Shown here piece after piece: positions 1 through 7,251 of a stretch of 34,259 nucleotides of DNA. Each line of letters begins with the position of its first letter. Position 1 is the first letter of the stretch. The translations under genes were made by a program, and so were the position numbers. Origin of the DNA: an uncultured Clostridia bacterium (GTDB taxonomy: Bacteria; Bacillota; Clostridia; Christensenellales; Borkfalkiaceae); the NCBI GenBank assembly GCA_947627125.1, contig CANQUY010000001.1:1-34259 (forward strand). Reading direction: 5' to 3'. A model generated the notes under the pieces. That model made no database searches, was not told where the DNA came from, and saw only the letters and a list, made by a program, of their open reading frames with translations.

Positions 1-330
1 CAAGTCGTGTTAGATAAGAAGACGATTGAAACCTATCTGAAAGAAGCCGTGAAGCAAGAGCCTGAGATGATGGTTGAGTTGCTTGTCGATAAGGTTTACG
101 TCTATGGCGACCACATAGAACTGATCCTTCGATATACGGACGCGCCCCTCAAACCAAAACCGCAGAACGACGAAGAAGATAAGAACCCTGAAGGTGAAAA
201 CCTTCGGGGCTTTCTTATTTATACGGCTATGGTATGGATCGACGAGTATTGGTATAAGGGAATACAAAAAAAAGGACTTGAGCCGAAACTCAAGGGCACC
301 CGAAATATGCTTGTCTATATTGAAATTTAA
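1..330 (+). CDS. 3' fragment of a recombinase-like gene (5' part lies upstream of the window). The tail resembles the DUF4368-type C-terminus of clostridial large serine recombinases.
   Basis: Frame 1 is open from base 1 to the TAA at 328-330. The peptide KTIETYLKEAVKQEPEMMVELLVDKVYVYGDHIELILRY matches my recollection of the conserved C-terminal strand pair of that family. No domain search was possible. Confidence 0.35.
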   Translation, partial: QVVLDKKTIETYLKEAVKQEPEMMVELLVDKVYVYGDHIELILRYTDAPLKPKPQNDEEDKNPEGENLRGFLIYTAMVWIDEYWYKGIQKKGLEPKLKGTRNMLVYIEI

Positions 331-375
331 GGAGAAAAACCGTGGTACTATTGCTTCAAAGGTGTTCTAACGAGG

Positions 376-1395
376 TTAAACAAAGGCATCGCTCCCAATT
401 GTCGTCACACCATCTGGGATCATGATCTGCGTCAATTTGCGACAGTCACGAAAGGCCCCTCTTCCAATCAACCTTACACCGTTCGGGATCGTGATTTGCT
501 CTAAATTAGGACAGTCAGCAGTAAAGGTATTGTCAAAGGCACAGTCCCTAATTTCCGTCACGCCTTCCGGGATTATAACCTGTTTCAAATTGCTACAGTC
601 TTTAAAGGCTCTTTCTCCTATGGCAACAATCACGCCCTGCGGAATTTCGACAATTTCGCGGTTACCCTTGTACTGAAGCAAAACGCCGCCCTGAATGTCG
701 CATTCTGCGCAAAATGCCTTTCGTTTTTCCTCTTCCTCGCGTTTCTTTTGCGCCTCCTCTTCAGCGCGGCGAGCCTCCTCTTCGCGATCGGCGCGGATCT
801 TGTCGATCTCCTCCCGGGAATGCCCGCAACCGCAAGTTTCGTCAAAGGCAGTTGCGTCGATCGACGGATCCGCACCCTGCGGAAGAAGAACTTCCGTCAG
901 CGAATTGCACCCTTGGAATGCGCCCGCATCGATCGCCAGCAAGCTCTTCGGCATGGTAATTTCCATCAGCCGCACACAACCCTTAAAGGCGTTTGCGCCG
1001 ATATCCAATAGCCCCTCGGGCAGAATGACCCTGCGGAGCCTGTCGCACCCCTCGAATGTGCCGTCCGCGATGCCTACCACTTTCTCGGGCACCGTGACCA
1101 CGGGCGCGGTTCTGTCCTTTAATTTTGTGACCGTGTAAGTTCCGTCCGCGTGCTCATCGTATTCAAATACGGAGAGCATTTTCTTCACTTGATTGAGCGC
1201 TTCCTCCCGCTCTTCCCTTTCGATTTGGCGTTGCTTTTCAACTACCGCCGCCCGCGCAAGAGCGTCCAGGCCCTCTACGCTTCCCGAAACTTCGCCTGTG
1301 CTCTCGGTTTGGGTCCTCTCCAAGGGTGTGCCGCATTCGGGACAGATTTTCCATCCCTCGTTTTTGGTTCCGCAATTAGGGCAAAATTTGAACAT
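376..1395 (-). CDS. Cytosolic zinc-ribbon protein with BspA-type leucine-rich repeats
   Basis: 339-aa ORF. The N-terminus has a CPNCG-x10-CPECG zinc ribbon and no signal peptide or TM. Two LRR blocks (IPEGVTEIRDCAF, ITIPNGVRLIGRGAFRDC, IMIPDGVTTIGSDAF, LPEGLLDIGANAFKGC) are separated by a highly charged E/R/K helix. The ATG lies 3 nt after the stop of the upstream ATPase gene, and a GGAGGAA RBS sits inside the last ATPase codons. Confidence 0.75.
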   Translation of the reverse strand: MFKFCPNCGTKNEGWKICPECGTPLERTQTESTGEVSGSVEGLDALARAAVVEKQRQIEREEREEALNQVKKMLSVFEYDEHADGTYTVTKLKDRTAPVVTVPEKVVGIADGTFEGCDRLRRVILPEGLLDIGANAFKGCVRLMEITMPKSLLAIDAGAFQGCNSLTEVLLPQGADPSIDATAFDETCGCGHSREEIDKIRADREEEARRAEEEAQKKREEEEKRKAFCAECDIQGGVLLQYKGNREIVEIPQGVIVAIGERAFKDCSNLKQVIIPEGVTEIRDCAFDNTFTADCPNLEQITIPNGVRLIGRGAFRDCRKLTQIMIPDGVTTIGSDAFV

Positions 1396-1398
1396 ATT

Positions 1399-4300
1399 TT
1401 ATTCCTCCAAAAGTTTTTTATAAAATTCATCTGTATAGTGATAGGGGGTGAAGCATGCCACTTCGCTGTTGTTGCAAAGAAGATTTAGCTTCGGATCCAG
1501 GGGGGATCTGACCAGGGTGTTGCATAGTTCCTTTGCGGTGGTGTTTGCCGCTTCCGTCTGTTCGAGGAAGGAGAGCAGCGAGGCCGAAGAGTAATTCTCT
1601 CCCTCAACCGCAGGGTCGGGCAAGATGACCGCATCCCCGATGATGTCGATCTTGCGGCAGACGTCATTGAGATCCCTCCGAAATTCGTTGAACTGAAGCG
1701 CAAAGAACACGTTGCTGTTCTTCCCCTTGTCGAGAAGATCGGTCAAGCGGTACTCCTCGGCGGAATCCCTTTCGATCTGATCCACGCAGGTGATCATCAC
1801 GATCACGGGACAGATCGACGCCGTATCGTCTTGTTCACGTTCGGATATCAATGCCTCAATGTCGTCGAACGCTTTTTCCCGCTGTGCGGAACTGTAATAC
1901 ACAAACCGTCCGTCCGCATTCAGCATCCATGACTCTCTCTGCTCTTTGACGACCGTGGCACGGCGCGCCCAATTCGGATTTTTATTCAGATCCAGATAAA
2001 ACAACGTGCGTGAAGTTTCTTTGCGGGAAAGATACAGCACATCTTTAATGATCGCCGCCTCGATCTCCTTTGTCGAGAGATATTCTCCGCAGATACAGAG
2101 CAAGTTGTTTTTATAGCTAAACGCATACTCTATCTGCGAACCGGTGAGATATTTGCGGCCGAGCCGAACTTTGCAGACGCCGTTTTCGTCATAATCTCTC
2201 TGCGTATTCGGCGATAAAAACGGGATCTCATTTTGGCTTCCGACCGTTAGCGGTAAGATCTCGCTCGTCAGCCGCATTTTGTATTGGGGATAGCGCGTTT
2301 TAACCGCATTGATATTCCCAATGAGTTCGGCGTCCTTCCCCGCATACGCCAGCCGTGCAAGCGTGGCTTCACTTCCCTTTCCGTAGAAGAAGAGCCCGCT
2401 CATAACTTCCAATTCCATCTCCCTATGCGCAACGCTCGGGATCAAATCTCCGATCGAACTGCCTTTGAATTCAAAGCGGTGCCGAAAAAGCGTCATCGCG
2501 CTGTGGAATTCTATCGGTACGACCTGCGACGCAACGATCAAGCTGATACCGCAGGAGCGGCCCACACGGGCGATCTCCCGCAATTTCTCTTTTGCCTTAT
2601 CATCCACGATCAGGCGTTGATACTCGTCGATAATGATCAAACAGCGGGGAATTTTTTCTTCCTGCGGCACAGAGGCGTTGTACATCGTAATGTCGCCCTT
2701 GCTTCCGATCTTATTCATCCGCTTTTGCATGACGTCCGAGAGATAATCCAAAATATCGTTAGCTCCGACCACATTGTCTGACGTAATGATGGTTTTTAAG
2801 TGCGGAAGGCCGTTTTCGGAATAAATATTGAATTCGGACTTTATAATCGAAATTAAGTTGATTTCTATTTCCTGCGGAGAGTAAAGCATACACGCCGAGA
2901 GAATGATGGTGTTTAAGAGGGAACTCTTGCCTGAGCCCGTCGTTCCGCTGATCATGACGTGCGCGTCATTGGTGGAGTCAAGATCGAGGAAGAGAGGTTT
3001 GGAGCCCGCTTTCCCTATGGGGACGCTGAGAACACGGGAAAAATCTCCCCTGCGTTGCGAAGAATTAAAATCCTCTTGCGGAATGACGGAGAGAAACGGT
3101 ATATTTTCTTTACTTTCGGCGATCTGTCCTCCCAAATCGCGCAATAATTCCGACAGGTCGAGATCGGGGCTCAAAAGATCGGTATCAAAGGCGAAGTCCT
3201 CCAGCCACAGGCTCCCTTTGTCATTCATGCCGGATACGAATTTCCCACACATGCAATCGGAGGGGGAAATCTCGGGCAACTTGCGGTTCGTCCATGTGTC
3301 TTCTCCGCGGAAATCGGAATCCGAAACCAAAATGAAATAAACGCCTGCTTTTTTACCGTTTTTCAACGCTCCTTCCAATGTTTCATAGGCATGGGAATAG
3401 CCATTGGGATAGCCATTCAGCAGTACAAAAATCAGCGGTTGAATGTTGTCGGGATTGTGGGCGTTATATGCAAAAATATCCGCATCGCCGGATCTTCCGA
3501 GCAGCACGATTCGACGGGAGATCGCTTCATTCACGGAAAGCAGCGAGGCGCCGACGTCCGATTCGGACTGTTCGACCACAGAATCGTGGGCATTGAGGAA
3601 AAGTCCTCCCAAAAATTCGCTCAGTCGCCCGGCAAAAGAGATCATTTGTCCGTTCGCAGTTCGGTCGCACAATAATAACCGCTTTGCGATCGCGGGATAA
3701 CAAAAGAGAACATGCAGTAAAATTCCGCTCAAAAAATGATTCAACCCTTTGCTCTGCATGTCGTCTTTGGACACACTGACGCATAAGGCCCCGTGTGCGC
3801 GCAGATCCCATTCGGCATATACAGGGAAAGGCCCTTCCTCTGAGGGAATATCGCATCTTCCCAAAGGAATGGCGATGTTTTCCGCATAGATCGTCGGACA
3901 TTTCATCCGGTTATGGATGACGGCGGAATCCGAAGTCAGCGTATTTGCAGAGCGCAGGGCCGCCATCAGCTCGTCCGACTTTGCTTGCAACATTTTGAGA
4001 TCCTCCCGCGCTTTTTCAAGTTCCGCTCTTTTTTCTTTGAGAACGCGATCCAGATATGCGGTTTCGTAAGTTTCGCGGTGATACACAAACTGCATGATGC
4101 TTTGATGCAGATTCGCTAATTTCTCGCATTGGGAATCGAGATTGTTTTTATTCCGAAGAATATTGTATGCGTCCGCCAAAAAAGTGCGGATATTCTCCCC
4201 CAATTCTTCCGGAGAGCAGGGATCCTGACGGCGGACAAAGCGATTGCGAAAACAGAGGTAGCCGTCGTTCATGGAAAGACGGTCGGGAAACAGATAAAGA

Positions 4301-4479
4301 ATGGCTGTAATAAACTCCGCCCCATTTGTAAACTTGCTCCCTTCCGCGAAAACGCTTTCAAATGCGGCGTGCGCGGTACATTCTTCGCGTGCAATTTCTT
4401 CTTCCAATTTTTTCACACTCGATGCCGCGATTTCCGCCTCTGCTTTGTTTTGAACATATGCTTTCATAAATTCGTTCAT
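1399..4479 (-). CDS. Soluble FtsK/SpoIIIE/EssC-like P-loop ATPase with three tandem FtsK-type domains, of which only the middle one is intact
   Basis: 1026-aa ORF. Walker A is HVMISGTTGSGKSSLLNTI, Walker B is PRCLIIIDEYQRL, and the family motif is IARVGRSCGISLIVASQ. The flanking regions keep the strand pattern but lack the catalytic residues (LLLCDRTANG / LIFVLLNGYP / GVYFILVSDS and NLLCICGEY / CPVIVMITCVDQ / NVFFALQFNE). The N-terminal 190 aa or so are coiled coil. I saw no convincing TM or FHA domain. Confidence 0.75.
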   Translation of the reverse strand: MNEFMKAYVQNKAEAEIAASSVKKLEEEIAREECTAHAAFESVFAEGSKFTNGAEFITAILYLFPDRLSMNDGYLCFRNRFVRRQDPCSPEELGENIRTFLADAYNILRNKNNLDSQCEKLANLHQSIMQFVYHRETYETAYLDRVLKEKRAELEKAREDLKMLQAKSDELMAALRSANTLTSDSAVIHNRMKCPTIYAENIAIPLGRCDIPSEEGPFPVYAEWDLRAHGALCVSVSKDDMQSKGLNHFLSGILLHVLFCYPAIAKRLLLCDRTANGQMISFAGRLSEFLGGLFLNAHDSVVEQSESDVGASLLSVNEAISRRIVLLGRSGDADIFAYNAHNPDNIQPLIFVLLNGYPNGYSHAYETLEGALKNGKKAGVYFILVSDSDFRGEDTWTNRKLPEISPSDCMCGKFVSGMNDKGSLWLEDFAFDTDLLSPDLDLSELLRDLGGQIAESKENIPFLSVIPQEDFNSSQRRGDFSRVLSVPIGKAGSKPLFLDLDSTNDAHVMISGTTGSGKSSLLNTIILSACMLYSPQEIEINLISIIKSEFNIYSENGLPHLKTIITSDNVVGANDILDYLSDVMQKRMNKIGSKGDITMYNASVPQEEKIPRCLIIIDEYQRLIVDDKAKEKLREIARVGRSCGISLIVASQVVPIEFHSAMTLFRHRFEFKGSSIGDLIPSVAHREMELEVMSGLFFYGKGSEATLARLAYAGKDAELIGNINAVKTRYPQYKMRLTSEILPLTVGSQNEIPFLSPNTQRDYDENGVCKVRLGRKYLTGSQIEYAFSYKNNLLCICGEYLSTKEIEAAIIKDVLYLSRKETSRTLFYLDLNKNPNWARRATVVKEQRESWMLNADGRFVYYSSAQREKAFDDIEALISEREQDDTASICPVIVMITCVDQIERDSAEEYRLTDLLDKGKNSNVFFALQFNEFRRDLNDVCRKIDIIGDAVILPDPAVEGENYSSASLLSFLEQTEAANTTAKELCNTLVRSPLDPKLNLLCNNSEVACFTPYHYTDEFYKKLLEE

Positions 4480-4517
4480 AAGACCGCTCCGTCATAATGG
4501 TATAGCAATTCATACTA

Positions 4518-4546
4518 ATTATAGCATATATTTTTTTATTTTTCAA
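4518..4546 (-). promoter_or_regulatory. Near-consensus sigma-70-type promoter for the ATPase/LRR operon
   Basis: The minus strand reads TTGAAA (4546-4541), a 17-nt spacer, then TGc-TATAAT (4523-4518). This lies about 40 nt upstream of the ATG at 4479, and a GGAG RBS sits in between. Confidence 0.55.
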
Positions 4547-4813
4547 CACATAGAGGAGCAAACGTGAGAAATTTCTGAACAAAAACAACGATATTCAGCC
4601 CTAAATTGCGAAGGCAAGGCCGTTCTTTACGGGAAAACGGTGTTCGGATACTTAACATCCGCGTTATCGGCTTCAGTCTTATCAGAATATTTCACAACGT
4701 TCGGTTTGGGCTGATTTTTCTGTTTACGCAAATTATTGTACCAACAAATTTTCGTGAATTTTAACGGGAGATATTTCATGTTTTTATTTTTTGGGGAAAT
4801 TTTTACGAAAAGC

Positions 4814-4842
4814 TTGATATATACTTTTTGAAGTGATATGAT
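4814..4842 (+). promoter_or_regulatory. Sigma-70-type promoter for the protease gene
   Basis: TTGATA (4814-4819), a 17-nt spacer, then TGa-TATGAT (4837-4842). An AAGGA RBS at 4862-4866 precedes the ATG at 4875. Confidence 0.5.
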
Positions 4843-4874
4843 ATACATGTGATTTTTCAATAAGGATATACATC

Positions 4875-5888
4875 ATGAAAAAGCGGATTAGGATTGATTT
4901 ATTTTTATTTCTTTCGATATTATGTTCTCTATTCTTTATCGCGGGCTGTTCTCTGTTCAGCACAAATGACAACAACTATTCGGAAGCAGATCTTACTTAT
5001 AACATTACTTTTGTTTACAACAACGGCAAGGCAGATAATACTATCTCTGTAAAAAAGGGGACTACCGTACCCACGCCGACAGATCCGACAAAATCAAACT
5101 ATTTGTTCACAGGGTGGTATACAGATAAAAATTATAATAATAGATATGATTTCTCTAAGACAGTAACGGAAAGTTTTACACTCTATGCCGCATATGAGTT
5201 GGATGCGGCCAATCTCACAAATGAGATAAGTCTAAAAACGATCCATAGCATTGTTAAAATTTATAATAAAAGCTATAATTCTTTTTTGGGGATAGAAACC
5301 TCGTCGTCTACATCCCAAGGGTCGGGATTTTGTTTTCATGCTCAAGATGGATATTATTATGTTTTAACAAATTGCCATGTGGCAAAGAAAGATTCTTCCT
5401 ATAGTCATCAAAAATTTACCATTGAAGATTATTTGGGTAATAAATATACAGGGTATCTCTATCAAAATCCTCAAAAAGGCTATGACGCGATCTCCGCCTC
5501 CTATGATTTAGCTTGCTTATACTTCAAGCCAACATCTATCAATGTAATTTTGACGATCGATTCCGATCCTAACATTTCTGATGATGTTATTTCTTTGGGG
5601 GCGCCCCAAGGACAACCCAATTTTATTACGTTTGGAACCGTGAATACATATAAAACAGTTAAACTATCAAACACATCAGCTTCTTTAAGCAATGTTAACT
5701 TTGAAGTGATAGAGCATACCGCATGGGTAGACGGTGGTTCAAGCGGCGGTCCTCTTCTCAATTCTAATTTACAAGTGGTCGGGGTCAATTTCGCCGCTTC
5801 AGATAAAACACAAAGCTCCGTTAGCAGATCTTATGCAATTCCCGCAAGCAAAGTGAATGAATTTTTGAAATCATATGTCTATAATTAA
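4875..5888 (+). CDS. Lipoprotein trypsin-like (S1 family) serine protease with an N-terminal Listeria-Bacteroides repeat domain
   Basis: Signal peptide plus lipobox (LFFIAGCS). A Flg_new-type repeat is present (YNITFVYNNG...PTKSNYLFTGWYTDKN...FTLYAAY). The catalytic triad context is VLTNCHV, YDLACLYF and DGGSSGGPLL. The gene is strongly AT-rich compared with its neighbours. Confidence 0.85.
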   Translation: MKKRIRIDLFLFLSILCSLFFIAGCSLFSTNDNNYSEADLTYNITFVYNNGKADNTISVKKGTTVPTPTDPTKSNYLFTGWYTDKNYNNRYDFSKTVTESFTLYAAYELDAANLTNEISLKTIHSIVKIYNKSYNSFLGIETSSSTSQGSGFCFHAQDGYYYVLTNCHVAKKDSSYSHQKFTIEDYLGNKYTGYLYQNPQKGYDAISASYDLACLYFKPTSINVILTIDSDPNISDDVISLGAPQGQPNFITFGTVNTYKTVKLSNTSASLSNVNFEVIEHTAWVDGGSSGGPLLNSNLQVVGVNFAASDKTQSSVSRSYAIPASKVNEFLKSYVYN

Positions 5889-6100
5889 ATAGACGATTTA
5901 GTTCACTTGTTCAAGACCAAGTCCCCTCTCTCACAGCCCCGACTTTTGAACAACGAAATCCCTGTTGCGGACTTGAATTTTTGCTTAAAAAAGTAAAAAT
6001 TTATAAATATTTATTTGTATTTTGCTGACGGAAGGCGCAAAATATGATTTCATTGATGTTGCAGTTCCAAGTGGACGCGATCGCTTATAAGGGAGAATAG

Positions 6101-6460
6101 GTGCGGAAGATGAATTTTGAGAAAAATGAAGAATTTTGGAAAGCGATAGAGGACTTGGTCGATCAATCTGAAATCGTGATAGATAGACCCAAAGGGACGG
6201 CTCATCCGAAATATCCGAACTCTGTTTATCGGGTTGATTATGGATATTTGAAGGGCACGTCCTCCATGGACGGCGCGGGGATCGATGTATGGGTCGGAAG
6301 CGGCGAAACGAAAATCGACGCCATTATGGTTACGGTCGATTTGATGAAACACGATTCGGAAATGAAGATATTGATCGGCTGTACGGAAGAAGAAAAAGAA
6401 ATTGTATATAAAACTCATAATGAAACCGCGTTTATGAAAGGTATCTTGATCCGCCGATAA
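6101..6460 (+). CDS. Small inorganic pyrophosphatase-like protein
   Basis: 119-aa ORF. The motif IDRPKGTAHPKYPNSVYRVDYGYLKGTSSMDGAGIDVWV resembles the short PPase-like family (IDRPxGSxHP...YPxNYGYIxGT..DGdxxD), as far as I recall it. It starts at GTG 6101, 5 nt after GGGAGA. ATG 6110 is an alternative start. Confidence 0.5.
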   Translation: MRKMNFEKNEEFWKAIEDLVDQSEIVIDRPKGTAHPKYPNSVYRVDYGYLKGTSSMDGAGIDVWVGSGETKIDAIMVTVDLMKHDSEMKILIGCTEEEKEIVYKTHNETAFMKGILIRR

Positions 6461-6631
6461 AATCTCCTGTGGCGGCTTGATTTTTCTTTTCGGGGGCAAG
6501 ACGGAAAGAAATTGGCTTTTGAATAAGCCTGCCTCGCCGTTGATTTTTTGGCGTAACTAAGGCGCCATTCATCAAGCGGGAAACCAACAGAACGCTTTCT
6601 AAAGGTCTGCTGGTTTCTTTATATCCAAAAG

Positions 6632-6665
6632 AAAACCCCCAATGGCTGAGCCGTTGAGGGTTTTT
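6632..6665. terminator. Bidirectional intrinsic terminator between convergent genes
   Basis: AAAA-CCCCCAATGGC-tga-GCCGTTGAGGG-TTTTT. The 11-bp stem has one mismatch and one G-U pair, with an A-run on the left and a T-run on the right. Confidence 0.6.
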
Positions 6666-6669
6666 GCAT

Positions 6670-7245
6670 TTATTTTTTGGTCTGTAATTTGATCGCTTTG
6701 CCGCCGGTCAGGAGGATCATTTTCACCGCGTCGACGGAAAACTCGGGCAGTTTTACGGTCAGAGGCTTATTGAGAATGCCGCGCGCGAGTACCTTGACGT
6801 GATTCACCGAATTTCCGATGAGTTTCTTTTCCTTCAGCGATTCCAGCGTGACCGTTTCATTTGCCTCGTAGTTCTCCGAAAGCGTATCAATATTGACGAT
6901 CCCCTTCGGCTTTGACAGAACCGCTTCCTCCGCTTCTTTCACCTCTTCTATGAGGGCGACAGCGACCTCATCTGAGATCAAACTCTGTACTTCCGCCGCG
7001 GAAACCTGCTCGCGTGTTTCAAATTCTGCCGAAACCGAACGGTCTTCCTCCTTCATCTCGCAGGGAGGCTCTGCAGGCTCCTCTTTCGGTTCCGCCGCCT
7101 CCGATATTTCATGCGGCATATCGGTCTTTCGCATACGCGTCAGAAACAGATGCGCCCCTGAAAGAGTACAGATCAATATCAATGCGGCAGTGCATAGATA
7201 CTGTGCCCCAAACTCAGAAAAACTGAGCAATAATGCACTCATCAT
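6670..7245 (-). CDS. Membrane-anchored protein with a C-terminal uL15 (ribosomal protein L15)-like domain
   Basis: 191 aa. An N-terminal TM (YLCTAALILICTLSGAHLFL) is followed by RMRK, then an acidic linker. The C-terminus (IVNIDTLSENYEANETVTLESLKEKKLIGNSVNHVKVLARGILNKPLTVKLPEFSVDAVKMILLTGGKAIKL) aligns by eye with the uL15 C-terminal domain (VVNLDKL..GTEVTPELL...[33 protein letters not shown]). The ATG lies 6 nt after the stop of the giant gene, whose last codons contain AGGAG. Confidence 0.7.
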   Translation of the reverse strand: MMSALLLSFSEFGAQYLCTAALILICTLSGAHLFLTRMRKTDMPHEISEAAEPKEEPAEPPCEMKEEDRSVSAEFETREQVSAAEVQSLISDEVAVALIEEVKEAEEAVLSKPKGIVNIDTLSENYEANETVTLESLKEKKLIGNSVNHVKVLARGILNKPLTVKLPEFSVDAVKMILLTGGKAIKLQTKK

Positions 7246-7251
7246 ATGTCC

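Noticed and set aside
1399-4479. Calling the ATPase a type VII secretion EssC or a conjugative coupling protein/DNA translocase.
   Set aside because: No TM helices or FHA domains are evident. No WXG100/LXG, EsaA/EssA/EssB, relaxase or VirB4-like genes are present in the window. Only the generic FtsK/EssC-like fold is asserted.
4590-4975. Small ORFs (4627-4860 and 4784-4975, minus strand) in the AT-rich spacer.
   Set aside because: They give K/N/I-rich low-complexity peptides with no RBS. They overlap two well-formed divergent promoters and the start of the protease gene.
5889-6669. A search for tRNA, riboswitch or other structured ncRNA in the non-repeat intergenic regions (5889-6100, 6461-6669 and 28224-28610).
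   Set aside because: I recognised no cloverleaf-compatible arms and no conserved riboswitch cores. I saw only terminator-like hairpins and operator-like palindromes. A covariance-model scan would be needed to exclude ncRNAs.
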